This document shows, piece after piece, positions 12,274 to 22,330 of a stretch of DNA of 64,000 bases. The number at the start of each line of letters is the position of its first letter. Within the stretch, counting starts at the first letter, position 1. The stretch is taken from the NCBI GenBank assembly GCA_965205655.1, contig CBDBIJ010000058.1, positions 73,095 to 137,094 on the forward strand, read 5' to 3'. A model generated the notes under the pieces. The model had not been told where the DNA came from. It did not search any database and was given only the letters and a program-made list of their open reading frames with translations. The DNA is from Candidatus Latescibacterota bacterium (GTDB lineage: Bacteria > Latescibacterota > UBA2968 > UBA8231). The position numbers and the translations under genes were made by a program.

Positions 12274-13362
12274 GTGTCGCTCGACGGAATCACCGGTCAG
12301 GACCGGGCCAAGTCGCAGATAGCAGGGTGGTTGAGGGCCGGGCGGCTTCCCCACACCATCCTGATCAGCGGTCGGGAGGGTGTGGGAAAACGCTCCCTGG
12401 CGCTCGAGCTCGCCAAGGGTATCAACTGCGAGCGGGGCGAGTGGCCGGCCTGCGACGACTGCAGATCATGTATCAAAGCCGCGTTGCTCGAACATCCTGA
12501 CCTCCACGTCCTGCTGCCGCTGCCGCCGGTTCGCGGACGTGCGGAAGTGGCACAGCTGCTGACATCGATGCGTGCAGCCAGCCTCGAGTATCTCAGCTAC
12601 GAGACCGACGCTTCCCGCAGCAACCACAATATCCCCGTCGACGTGATTCGCGCTATCCAGCGGGAAATGGGCCACACGCCCACTGGCGGGCCCCGACGAA
12701 TCTGTCTCATTTTCGAGGCCGACCGGATGCATCAGGCAGGCGCCAACTCCCTGCTGAAGATACTCGAGGAACCGCCCGGACGCGCCGTCTTCCTACTGGT
12801 GTCATCGGCTCCGGACCGCCTTCCGCCAACAGTCGTCTCCAGGTGTCAGCGTCTCCACCTTCAGCCCCTGACTCGGCAGCAATTGAAGGCGAGTCTTTTG
12901 GCCTCAGGTGCCGAGGAGGTCCGCGCCGAGGTTGGGGCTCGCTTCGGAGCGGGGAGTCTGCAGCGCGCCGGCGAGGCGCTGACTGACGGGTTCGATGAGT
13001 GGCGGGAACTCGTAGAGCGCTTCGTAGAGGCCGCCATTCAGGGCGAAGACGGGGGGTACTGGAAGTTGTTGGACGAGCTGGATGCGACGAAAGACCGAAC
13101 GCAGCTCGAGCGGTTTCTCCACATGTGCGGCCTGTACCTGCGAGATCTGTTTCTGATGGCGAACGGCGCAGCGCACGAGGTGGTCAACGCAGACCGAGTC
13201 GATCGAATGGCTGCGTGGCTGGCCGCAATGGATCGGAACAGGCTCGAGGCAGCCGCGATCGAAGCGGACCGCGCCTACGAGTATCTGATGCAGAATGTCG
13301 GCCCGTCACTCGTGCTTGCCGATCTGTGGCGGGCGCTCAGGCATTCGGAGGAGGCTGCGTAG
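12274..13362 (+). CDS. holB: DNA polymerase III delta' subunit
   Basis: GREGVGK, C..C..C zinc motif, HPD, ANSLLKILEEPP, TVVSRCQ. Confidence 0.9.
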   Translation: MSLDGITGQDRAKSQIAGWLRAGRLPHTILISGREGVGKRSLALELAKGINCERGEWPACDDCRSCIKAALLEHPDLHVLLPLPPVRGRAEVAQLLTSMRAASLEYLSYETDASRSNHNIPVDVIRAIQREMGHTPTGGPRRICLIFEADRMHQAGANSLLKILEEPPGRAVFLLVSSAPDRLPPTVVSRCQRLHLQPLTRQQLKASLLASGAEEVRAEVGARFGAGSLQRAGEALTDGFDEWRELVERFVEAAIQGEDGGYWKLLDELDATKDRTQLERFLHMCGLYLRDLFLMANGAAHEVVNADRVDRMAAWLAAMDRNRLEAAAIEADRAYEYLMQNVGPSLVLADLWRALRHSEEAA

Positions 13363-13371
13363 GGCAAGGGC

Positions 13372-14280
13372 ATGTCGAGCAAACCTGAAAGCGGCGGCCG
13401 GCTCAGGCAGCGTGCTCGGAAACGATTCGGCCAGCATTTCCTCCAAGATGCCTCAGCCCTGGCGCAGATTGCGGAGCTGGCGAGATCACCGGAGAGTCAC
13501 CTCGTACTGGAGGTCGGTCCGGGACGCGGCGCCCTCACGACCGAACTCCTGAAGCGACTGCCTCGTCTCGTGGCAGTAGAGATTGACCGCGACTTGGCGG
13601 GGACTCTGGCAGAGCGCTTCGATACCACCGCTTTGCGCGTCATCGAGGCGGACGTCCTCGATCTGGATCTTCAGCGGCTGCTGCGGGAGGAAGGCAAACA
13701 GAGGCTCGTGGTCGTCGGAAACCTGCCTTTCAACATAACGGCGCCCATCTTATTCCGACTCCTCGAGCACGCATCCAGCATGGAACGCGCGGTGCTAACC
13801 CTCCAAAAGGAAGTCGCCAGGCGGGTTGTGGCTGCGCCCGGCTCGAAATCCTACGGCCTCATCACGGTGCTGCTGAGCATGCGGGCCGAAGCGCGAATCC
13901 AACTCGACATCCCGCGCACGGCATTCCGACCACGACCTCAAGTCGATGCCGCGGTGGTTGAGCTGACGTTCTCCGGGCAATGCCGCTTCCCCGTCCTGAG
14001 CGAAGCGGTCTTCGACAAGGTTGCCCGCGCTGCTTTCGGACAGAGACGGAAGATGTTGCGCAACGCACTTCGGTCACTTGCGCCACTGCCATCCGATGTT
14101 GATGCAACAGACCGGTACCTCTCCGATGAAGATATCGGCAGGGCGGCCGACAGTTCGGGGATCGACCTGAGTCGCCGGGCAGAGACACTGGCGACCGCAG
14201 AATTCGCGGCGCTGAGCGACGCCCTGTTCGAAGTGGCGCAGGATGCATCCGCGGCGCCTTGCGGGGAGGTCGGCGATTGA
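13372..14280 (+). CDS. rsmA: 16S rRNA dimethyladenosine transferase
   Basis: KRFGQHFL, LEVGPGRGALT, GNLPFNI, FGQRRKMLRN. Confidence 0.95.
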   Translation: MSSKPESGGRLRQRARKRFGQHFLQDASALAQIAELARSPESHLVLEVGPGRGALTTELLKRLPRLVAVEIDRDLAGTLAERFDTTALRVIEADVLDLDLQRLLREEGKQRLVVVGNLPFNITAPILFRLLEHASSMERAVLTLQKEVARRVVAAPGSKSYGLITVLLSMRAEARIQLDIPRTAFRPRPQVDAAVVELTFSGQCRFPVLSEAVFDKVARAAFGQRRKMLRNALRSLAPLPSDVDATDRYLSDEDIGRAADSSGIDLSRRAETLATAEFAALSDALFEVAQDASAAPCGEVGD

Positions 14281-14284
14281 AGCT

Positions 14285-16309
14285 GTGGCCCTTTCGGGGA
14301 GTCGCTGCGCGACTCCCCGAAAGGGCTTCTCCGGCCGTTCGCTGTTGCCCGTCTGCGCAATATCGATCTCGTGCTACTCTATGTCCCTCGAGGCGGCGGA
14401 GACCTACACCCTGAGATTTTCCAAGTCCAGTGACCGGATGAGTTGGCGCCCCTCGATTCCCGGCTGGAGATACACGGTACCGGTGGCGCTAGTGGCCTCC
14501 GGAGACACGACGGCGAGACTGAGTCTCTCCGCCAATACCTCGATGGGCGCGACTCTCACAGAGCGATCGGGTAGGAAGACGTGGCAGGACAACGTCAGCA
14601 TCAGCAGCTCCATCAACTACCCCATTCTCGGGCCGAAGGCGTCGATCGGCATGAGCGCGAATATGTCGAGCCGCAGCAGCACCCTCGTAAACCAGCGGAT
14701 TCGTTCGCAGACCTTCGGGTTCCGGTTCTCCTACAGCCCCTTCGCGGGCCGGGACGGACCCTTCAAGAGCATGAGAGTGAGTCTAACTCCGAGCTTGATC
14801 ACCGCCGGCAGGGCGACCCGAGCCAACCTGGACAGTACGATCGAGGAAAGGGGAATTCAGTACAGCGCGTCTCTGAGCGTGTCGCCGGCGCTGAAGATCG
14901 GTGGTCAGAAGGTCAGTCCGTCCTTCCGCCTGTCGAAGCGGGACAACACGCTCAAGAGCAACAAGAGCAGGAGCGAGAGTATGAGTCTGTCGGGCAGCTA
15001 CAAGCTGGCCAAGGACCTGAGGACCAGTTTGTCATTCTCCGAGGGCCGCAGCGAGCGGGGGTTGACCAGGGCCATCTTCGACACTGTTTCGCTGGGCGAC
15101 GAGGTCGTCAACGACACGACAGTATCGGCCGAGCTGTCGGAAACACGGACCCGGAGCGTGAGCACCTCCCTGAAGTTCAAGCTTGCAGGCTTCGACTTCA
15201 ACAGCAAACACGGTTGGTCGCAAAACCTGAACACGAACACGGCGAACGTAGCCGAAGATGCGCGGAATCGCTTCTTCGCCCGAGATCGGGAGACGGCTCG
15301 CTGGAACTTCGGCCTGGACGCAAACGGCAAACTACCGGCAGGGCTGGTGGCACGCGCCAAGTTTCAGTACGACCTGGACAGCCTCGAGCGTCTGCCGGTC
15401 AGACTCGCCAGCGGCAGCTCCTGCCCGCCGCCGACGCGGCAGATCGCCCCAGGTGTGTGTCGAGACCCCAGTGACGATCGAGACAACCGCGATATGGCCC
15501 TCAATGGATCGCTGAACTTTCAGGTTGTGAAAGACCACACGCTCACGTTGTTCGGCTCCAGTAGACTGAGCCGAGGCGACAACCCGGGCGATCCCCAACG
15601 GGATCGCGACACCTCCACGGGCAACGCCAGCGTGGGGTATCGCGGCACGTTCGCCAGCGGTCTCAGCTTGAGCAGCACGTTGAGCGTGACCAACCTTCAC
15701 CGGATTTTTCTTGACGCAACCCAGTCCAGCAAGAATTCGCGCAATCGCGATCTCAGACTGAAAATCAACACATCCTACCAGAGGCTGGAGACGAATCTCA
15801 GCCATAGTTTTGAAATATCCGCCAGGAGAACTATTTTCGACTTCGATCGCGAGCTGAACGAACGCGTTATCGATCGCAAGAGCACGATCAGGCGCAGCTG
15901 GACAATGAGGCACTCGGCAAGTCGCTCGTTGCTCGACGGGCTCAGACTGAGCGGCAATTTTGCATACTCAGCGGATGACTTGGGCACGCTGCTGTTGGAC
16001 AGGCGGGCGCAGATCGTCGAGCAAGACAACGCCGATTTCAACTTCGGTACCAACATGAATTACAGAGTCAACGACGAGTTGTCGTGCGGCGTGAACTACA
16101 GCAGCCGGCTCGATCGGCAATGGAAATGGACATATCCCGTTGGCGGGCCAGAGCGGGATCTGTCGCGGCGCAACCGCCACCGGACCCTCGGAGTTAGCGC
16201 CAACTACAACCCGAGCAGCGAGACGAGTATGAACGCTCGAGCGAGCCGTTCGCGGCAGCGCAGCGGCACCTTTGACAGCTTCAGCGTCACTTTCACGCGC
16301 AGGGTCTAG
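14285..16309 (+). CDS. Hypothetical exported protein, probable outer-membrane beta-barrel
   Basis: Long ORF rich in S/T/R with alternating hydrophobic residues (e.g. YSASLSVSP, FGTNMNYRV, FSVTFTRRV) and a hydrophobic N-terminal stretch. Start uncertain (14243/14285/14381). Confidence 0.6.
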   Translation: MALSGSRCATPRKGFSGRSLLPVCAISISCYSMSLEAAETYTLRFSKSSDRMSWRPSIPGWRYTVPVALVASGDTTARLSLSANTSMGATLTERSGRKTWQDNVSISSSINYPILGPKASIGMSANMSSRSSTLVNQRIRSQTFGFRFSYSPFAGRDGPFKSMRVSLTPSLITAGRATRANLDSTIEERGIQYSASLSVSPALKIGGQKVSPSFRLSKRDNTLKSNKSRSESMSLSGSYKLAKDLRTSLSFSEGRSERGLTRAIFDTVSLGDEVVNDTTVSAELSETRTRSVSTSLKFKLAGFDFNSKHGWSQNLNTNTANVAEDARNRFFARDRETARWNFGLDANGKLPAGLVARAKFQYDLDSLERLPVRLASGSSCPPPTRQIAPGVCRDPSDDRDNRDMALNGSLNFQVVKDHTLTLFGSSRLSRGDNPGDPQRDRDTSTGNASVGYRGTFASGLSLSSTLSVTNLHRIFLDATQSSKNSRNRDLRLKINTSYQRLETNLSHSFEISARRTIFDFDRELNERVIDRKSTIRRSWTMRHSASRSLLDGLRLSGNFAYSADDLGTLLLDRRAQIVEQDNADFNFGTNMNYRVNDELSCGVNYSSRLDRQWKWTYPVGGPERDLSRRNRHRTLGVSANYNPSSETSMNARASRSRQRSGTFDSFSVTFTRRV

Positions 16310-16359
16310 CCGCAGTGTATAGCCGCAGTGTATAGCAAGGTCTAGTGGAGTAACGGCAC

Positions 16360-17283
16360 ATGCCCGACATGCCAAGGTCCGACACGATATGGTTCAACGG
16401 CGAGTGGGTGCCTTGGGACGAGGCGAACATTCACGTGCTGTCACACGTGGTCCACTACGGCTCGAGCGTGTTCGAGGGAATCAGGTGCTACGATACAGCG
16501 AAGGGGCCAGCTGTTTTTCGATTGCAGGATCACATACGCCGGCTCTACGACTCGGCCAAGATCTACCGCATGGAGATCCCCTACTCACAGGACCAGTTTA
16601 TTGACGCGGTGCTCGAGACGATTCGGGCGAACAAGCTACGAGCCTGCTACATCAGGCCAATCGTCTACCGGGGGTACGGGTCTCTGGGAGTCGACCCGCA
16701 CACCTGCCCGGTGGATTGTGTAATCGCCGTATGGGAGTGGGGTGAATACCTCGGGGACGAGGCGCTCGAGAAAGGCGTCTCAGTGTGCACGTCGTCGTGG
16801 AACCGGATGGGCCCCAACACCCTTCCCTTCCTGGCGAAGGCAGGGGGCAACTACCTCAACTCGCAGCTCGTACGCATGGAAGCCAACGCCAACGGTTACG
16901 ACGAGGGCATCGTCCTGGGGCCCGACGGCCTGGTGAGCGAAGGCAGCGGCGAGAATATTTTCGCGGTCAGGAATTCCGTCATCAACACGCCGACCACCCA
17001 CCACTCGATCCTGCCGGGAATAACGCGACACAGCGCCTTCACGCTCGCGAGAGACCTCGGTTATCGCGTTGAACAGCGGGGCATGCCGCGGGAGTTCCTC
17101 TACATCGCCGACGAGGTTTTCTTTACCGGCACGGCAGCCGAAGTCTCCCCCATCCGCGCCATCGATAAGATCCAGATCGGCGACGGCAAACGCGGGCCGA
17201 TTACGAAGAAGGTGCAGGACCTGTTCTTCAAGGTCACGAACGCCGAAGTCGAGGACTGCCACGGCTGGCTCACCTTTGTCTGA
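16360..17283 (+). CDS. ilvE: Branched-chain amino acid aminotransferase
   Basis: [47 protein letters not shown]. Confidence 0.96.
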   Translation: MPDMPRSDTIWFNGEWVPWDEANIHVLSHVVHYGSSVFEGIRCYDTAKGPAVFRLQDHIRRLYDSAKIYRMEIPYSQDQFIDAVLETIRANKLRACYIRPIVYRGYGSLGVDPHTCPVDCVIAVWEWGEYLGDEALEKGVSVCTSSWNRMGPNTLPFLAKAGGNYLNSQLVRMEANANGYDEGIVLGPDGLVSEGSGENIFAVRNSVINTPTTHHSILPGITRHSAFTLARDLGYRVEQRGMPREFLYIADEVFFTGTAAEVSPIRAIDKIQIGDGKRGPITKKVQDLFFKVTNAEVEDCHGWLTFV

Positions 17284-19531
17284 CATCCGTCGTCGCACGG
17301 TTCGAAGGGTCGTCGCCGTCTGGCTACCCTTCGCAATCGTCCTCGCCGGCTGCTTTTCCAACAATCCCTACCGCGCCTCGGAACGCGGTCAGAACACCTA
17401 CTACGGTGTGTTCGGGGAACCGCCAAAGCATCTCGATCCGGCGATTTCCTACTCGTCGGGCCAGTACACCTTCATAAGCCAGATTTACGAGCCGCCGCTG
17501 CAGTACCATTATCTGAGGCGGCCGTACGAACTGATTCCGCTCACGGCACAGCGCGTACCTACGCCCACCTACTACGGTGCCGACGGACGACTCCTCGGCA
17601 CCGAGCCGCCCGCCGACGAGGTGTCGCGCGCCGTGTACCGGGTGGAGATCAGTCCGCACGTACTGTATCAGCCACACCCCTGCTTCGCCCGTAGTGACGA
17701 CGGCGCGTATCTCTACCACGATCTGAAATCGAATACCGCTACCGAGGCATTGCGGCAGCGTCTCGACACGTACGAAGAGATCGAGGAATTCGAGGTGCAG
17801 GCTACGCGTGAACTGACGGCCGCCGATTACGCCTATCAGATCAAACGGCTGGCCGATCCGCGGTTGCACAGCCCGATCTTCTCCACAATGGCCAAGTACA
17901 TCGTCGGGCTGGATAGACTGGGCCAGGATCTGAACGACGAATTGGACCGCATCCGGCGGGATCGCCGCCAGCGCGCAGGCGCGCTCTACAGCCAGGAGAG
18001 AGACGAGCTCCAGAATCCGATCTGGTTGGACCTGGACCGCTTCGAGCTACAGGGAGTGCGGGTGCTCGGTGAGTTGACCTTGGAAATAGAGCTCAGTCAG
18101 AAGTATCCCCAGTTCGTCTATTGGCTGGCGATGCCGTTCTTCGCCCCAATTCCGCGCGAGGCAGATCGCTTTTTTGCCCAGGAACCCTTGATGCGGCGGA
18201 ATCTCAGGCTCGACAATCGTCCCATCGGGACCGGCCCCTACCGAATGGCTTCATTCGTGGCCCACAAAGAGATCGTTTTGGTGCGCAACGAGAACTACCG
18301 GGCAGCCTTCTATCCCACGGAGGGCGAGCCTGGAGACGAAGCAAAAGGGTTCCTCGACGATGCTGGAGCGCGATTGCCGTTCATCGACAGGGCGGTGTAC
18401 AAGCTCGATAAGGAGTCCATACCACGGTGGAGCAAGTTTCTCCAGGGCTACTACGAGACGTCCCTCATCGCCACCGAGGTCTTCGACCAGGTGGTACAGT
18501 TCGATGCCGAGGGCGGCCTCGATCTTTCGCCACAACTCGAGGAGCGCGGGGTCCATCTCGTCAAGACAGTGCAGCCCCGGATTCGGTACTTCGCCTTCAA
18601 CATGAACGACGACGTCGTGGGGGGGTACGGCGAGGAGAAACGGAGGCTGAGGCAGGCGCTTTCGATCGCCGTCGATATCGAGGAGTACATTCAGATCTTC
18701 ACCAACGGCCGCGGGCAGCCGGCTCACGACCCGATCCCACCAGGAATTTTCGGTCACGGGTCAGGGAGTGGACAGATGGACCCGTTCGTCTACCGAAAGG
18801 ACGAGGCAACAGGCGAACCGCTGCGGCGAACCATCGATGAAGCCAGGGCGCTGCTGGCCGAAGCCGGATACGAGGGCGGCAAGGACGCCTCCGGTGAGCC
18901 TCTCGTGCTCTACTTCGATACCTACTGGACGGGTCCCGGCGCCAAGGCGCGCACGGACTGGCTCCGGAAGCAATTCGCCAGGCTCGAAGTCGACCTCGAG
19001 ATTCGCCAGACAGACTACAACCGGTTCAACGGCAAGATATCGAAGGGGAACTATCAGATGTTTATGTGGGGGTGGAACGCGGACTACCCCGACCCCGAAA
19101 ATTTCCTTTTTCTACTGTACGGTCCGAACGGCACGACAAAGCACGGCGGCGCCAACCACAGCAACTACGACAACCCGGAGTTCAACCGGCTCTTCAAGCT
19201 GATGGAATCCACGGCGAACGGACCGGAACGGCGCGCTCTGCTCGAGCAGATGCTGGCCATCGCCCGGCGCGACTCCCCGTGGATCTGGGGGTATTTCCCG
19301 GTTTCGTTCACTCTCTACCACGAGTGGTACGGAAACGCCAAGCCGCTGGGAATAAGCAAGAACGACCTCAAATACAAGAAGGTCGATCCAACGCTGAGGG
19401 AACAGCGCCGACGTGAGTGGAATCAACCGGTGTCGTGGCCGCTGTGGGTGGCAGCGGTCGCCGTGGCAGCAGCGGCCATTCCCGCGCTGGTCACCATTCG
19501 CCGCCGGGAGCGCGAGGTCACGTCGCCGTGA
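17276..19531 (+). CDS. Opp/Dpp-type ABC substrate-binding lipoprotein
   Basis: TTG start overlapping the ilvE stop, lipobox [29 protein letters not shown], hydrophobic C-terminal helix. Confidence 0.88.
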   Translation: MSDIRRRTVRRVVAVWLPFAIVLAGCFSNNPYRASERGQNTYYGVFGEPPKHLDPAISYSSGQYTFISQIYEPPLQYHYLRRPYELIPLTAQRVPTPTYYGADGRLLGTEPPADEVSRAVYRVEISPHVLYQPHPCFARSDDGAYLYHDLKSNTATEALRQRLDTYEEIEEFEVQATRELTAADYAYQIKRLADPRLHSPIFSTMAKYIVGLDRLGQDLNDELDRIRRDRRQRAGALYSQERDELQNPIWLDLDRFELQGVRVLGELTLEIELSQKYPQFVYWLAMPFFAPIPREADRFFAQEPLMRRNLRLDNRPIGTGPYRMASFVAHKEIVLVRNENYRAAFYPTEGEPGDEAKGFLDDAGARLPFIDRAVYKLDKESIPRWSKFLQGYYETSLIATEVFDQVVQFDAEGGLDLSPQLEERGVHLVKTVQPRIRYFAFNMNDDVVGGYGEEKRRLRQALSIAVDIEEYIQIFTNGRGQPAHDPIPPGIFGHGSGSGQMDPFVYRKDEATGEPLRRTIDEARALLAEAGYEGGKDASGEPLVLYFDTYWTGPGAKARTDWLRKQFARLEVDLEIRQTDYNRFNGKISKGNYQMFMWGWNADYPDPENFLFLLYGPNGTTKHGGANHSNYDNPEFNRLFKLMESTANGPERRALLEQMLAIARRDSPWIWGYFPVSFTLYHEWYGNAKPLGISKNDLKYKKVDPTLREQRRREWNQPVSWPLWVAAVAVAAAAIPALVTIRRREREVTSP

Positions 19532-19547
19532 CCTCCGTCTTCTCGCC

Positions 19548-20864
19548 GTGACGGCCTACATCATCAGGCGGCTGTCATACGCCGTGCCCATTCTCATCGG
19601 CGTCAACCTCATCACCTTCTTTCTGTTCTTCTTCATCAACACGCCGGACGACATGGCCAGGGCTCACCTCGGCACGCAACGGGTCACGGCTGAGCAAATC
19701 GCCAAGTGGAAGCGTGAGCGGGACTATCACTTGCCCTACTTCCTGAACTCGGGGTGGAGCCAGTTCGTCGTGCGCGAAGTGAGGGATGGCGAGGTGCGGT
19801 TGAGCCTGCCGTCGTCGCAGGCTCCCGGCTCTTACCGGATGCGGGTGGACGTTCCCACTCCGGCACCGGGCACCCTTTCCATCGACGTGCACGGCGACAG
19901 GGGGAGGTCGCCCATCGAGGACTGGCCGCCGGGAGGGTGGAGGATAGGGCTGGACTCTCCAACCCACGAGCTGGAGTTCGCCTTGACGGAGACATCTCCA
20001 GAAGGCCGAGACGACGACGGACTGCTCTTCTTCACGCTCTCGGCGTCCTCCGGGTCGCCGATGTCGTTGGTCACGATCGAGTACGAGGAGTCTCTGAGAC
20101 TGGCTCAGAGCATCACCTCAACAATCTTCTGGAAGAAATCGGTCAAGTACCTGCTGTTTCAGTTCGGCAAGTCGGACGACGGCCGCGACATCACTGCCGA
20201 GATCCTCATCCGCATCGGACCAAGCCTCGCCATAACGGTTCCCACGTTCATCATCGGCATTCTGCTAAACATCACCATGGCGATGATGGTGGCGTTCTTT
20301 CGCGGTACTTACATGGACTTCTGGGGTGTCGTCATCGCCGTGACCATGATGTCCATCTCCATCCTGTTCTACGTCATCGGCGCCCAGTGGCTGCTGGCCA
20401 AAACGCTCAGGCTCGTTCCTATCTCCGGGTTCGACACGGGCCTTCACGCAGTAAAGTTCGCGGCCCTCCCAGTCGTCATCGGCGTGATCGGCGGGATCGG
20501 TGGCGGGGTGCGACTCTACCGCACCTTCTTTCTCGAAGAGATCGGACGGGACTACGTGCGCACCGCTCGAGCCAAGGGGCTGCCGGAGTCGCTCGTCCTC
20601 TTCAAGCACGCGCTCAAGAACGCGATGATCCCGATCCTGACCGGTGTCGTCGTGACCATTCCCTTTCTCATCATCGGCAGCCTCATCCTGGAATCCTTCT
20701 TCGCCATACCCGGAATGGGCAGCTTTACCCTGGAGGCGATCCAGCGGCAGGACTTCGCCATCGTCCAGGCCATGGTCTTTCTCGGCTCGGTCGTTTACAT
20801 CGTCGGCCTCATCCTCACCGACATCTCCTACACGCTGGTGGACCCGAGGATCCGCTTCTCGTAG
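19548..20864 (+). CDS. ABC permease (DppB/OppB-like) with an inserted extracytoplasmic domain
   Basis: YIIRRL, DYVRTARAKGL, KHALKNA, FAIPGMG, YTLVDPRI; about 100 aa extra soluble segment after the first TM helix. Confidence 0.9.
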   Translation: MTAYIIRRLSYAVPILIGVNLITFFLFFFINTPDDMARAHLGTQRVTAEQIAKWKRERDYHLPYFLNSGWSQFVVREVRDGEVRLSLPSSQAPGSYRMRVDVPTPAPGTLSIDVHGDRGRSPIEDWPPGGWRIGLDSPTHELEFALTETSPEGRDDDGLLFFTLSASSGSPMSLVTIEYEESLRLAQSITSTIFWKKSVKYLLFQFGKSDDGRDITAEILIRIGPSLAITVPTFIIGILLNITMAMMVAFFRGTYMDFWGVVIAVTMMSISILFYVIGAQWLLAKTLRLVPISGFDTGLHAVKFAALPVVIGVIGGIGGGVRLYRTFFLEEIGRDYVRTARAKGLPESLVLFKHALKNAMIPILTGVVVTIPFLIIGSLILESFFAIPGMGSFTLEAIQRQDFAIVQAMVFLGSVVYIVGLILTDISYTLVDPRIRFS

Positions 20865-20905
20865 CGGCAGCACCTAACGCTCATGCCTGCCCTCTCTTTC
20901 GCGGA

Positions 20906-22327
20906 CTGGCGATTCGGATCGTCCTGCTCACCACCGACCTGCTGCTGTTCGGACTCGTCCTCTGCGTCGTCGGCTTTCTCATGGCGGCGCGCCGTCGCGA
21001 ACACTACCGTCAGGCATGGGCGCAATTCAGCGCCAGGCGCCTGCCCATGATTTGCGGCGGTGTCGTGCTGCTCTACGGTTTCGTCGGCCTGCTCGATTCG
21101 GCCCATTTCCAACTGAGAGCCAGGACCGCGGGGGGCCTGCAACAGAACGACGAGCGGGAACAGCCGGTATACGCGCCGGAGGTGCTGTCGTTCGTCGACC
21201 TGATTTGCTCGGATCTGCGTCAGCGAACAGAAAAGACCTTTTCGGCACCCTTCGCCATCTATCAATCCACCAAGGAATCGATGACCGGTTCGGATGGCAC
21301 GTCCGGACGGGATTACCCGAGGCTCTTGTTCGCGGGCAGCCACCTGTCGGATCCGGACGACCGATTGAGCGACATCGTCAGCCTCGGTGGCAGAGGGCTT
21401 ATGGCCGGCTTGCTCATTGCCGCCGTCGTGCTGGCGTTGACGATCGGCGCATCGACGTGGGCCGCCAGTCGCGTTTCCGGTCGTGATTGGAGAGCCGGCC
21501 TGAATCGCGGACTTGGAGTCGGCGGTTTTCTGGGCGCCATCATCGTCACCGTGACGACCGTGGCCCAGCTGTCGAGTCAGTATCACGTTCTCGGCACGGA
21601 CCAGGTCGGACACGATGTCCTCTACCGAGCCCTGAAGGGCTGTCGCGTCGGCCTCGTGCTCGGCACATTGACGACGCTTATCGCCACGCCTCTGGCCATT
21701 CTCTTCGGCATCGCCGCCGGCTATCTTGGCGGCAAGATCGACGACGCCATTCAATACATTTACACGACACTCAGCTCCATCCCCGAGATACTCCTCATCG
21801 CCGCCGCGATGCTCATCGTCACTACGTCGGCAGCGAGCGGGCTGACCATCTACGCCGCCGACAAGCGCCTCGTATGGCTTTGCGTAGTGATTGGGATCGG
21901 CGGCTGGACCGGGCTGTGCCGTCTCATCCGCGGTGAGACCCTCAAGCTGCGCGAGCTTGAGTACGTCCAGGCGGCAGAGGCGCTGGGGGTGGGTGCCGCC
22001 AAGATCATGACGCGTCACATCCTGCCGAATGTCACCCACCTCGTGCTCATCTCCATGCTCCTCCGCTTCAGCGGCCTCGTGTTGACGGAAGCGGTTCTGG
22101 CGTACGCGAACATCGGCGTCCACCCGGCCATGGACAGCTGGGGGAAGATGATCAACGGCGCCCGTCTCGACATTTCGCGCGATCCGATCGTGTGGTGGAA
22201 TCTGCTCGCCGCCTTCCTCTTCATGTTCGGCCTGGTGCTGCCGGCCAACATTTTCGGAGACGCAGTGCGGGATGCCCTCGATCCGCGCCTCAAAGCCGAG
22301 GGTCAGCCAGAAGCCGGGGGCAGATGA
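20906..22327 (+). CDS. ABC permease (DppC/OppC-like); start codon uncertain
   Basis: LGTDQVGHD, EYVQAAEALG, HILPN, SWGKMI, GDAVRDALDP; no in-frame ATG before the first TM helix. Confidence 0.85.
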   Translation: MAIRIVLLTTDLLLFGLVLCVVGFLMAARRREHYRQAWAQFSARRLPMICGGVVLLYGFVGLLDSAHFQLRARTAGGLQQNDEREQPVYAPEVLSFVDLICSDLRQRTEKTFSAPFAIYQSTKESMTGSDGTSGRDYPRLLFAGSHLSDPDDRLSDIVSLGGRGLMAGLLIAAVVLALTIGASTWAASRVSGRDWRAGLNRGLGVGGFLGAIIVTVTTVAQLSSQYHVLGTDQVGHDVLYRALKGCRVGLVLGTLTTLIATPLAILFGIAAGYLGGKIDDAIQYIYTTLSSIPEILLIAAAMLIVTTSAASGLTIYAADKRLVWLCVVIGIGGWTGLCRLIRGETLKLRELEYVQAAEALGVGAAKIMTRHILPNVTHLVLISMLLRFSGLVLTEAVLAYANIGVHPAMDSWGKMINGARLDISRDPIVWWNLLAAFLFMFGLVLPANIFGDAVRDALDPRLKAEGQPEAGGR

Positions 22328-22330
22328 CGG

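Noticed and set aside
16303..16346. 13-bp tandem TAGCCGCAGTGTA x2 between two GGTCTAG copies upstream of ilvE
   Set aside because: Probably a slippage duplication; too short to support a regulatory call
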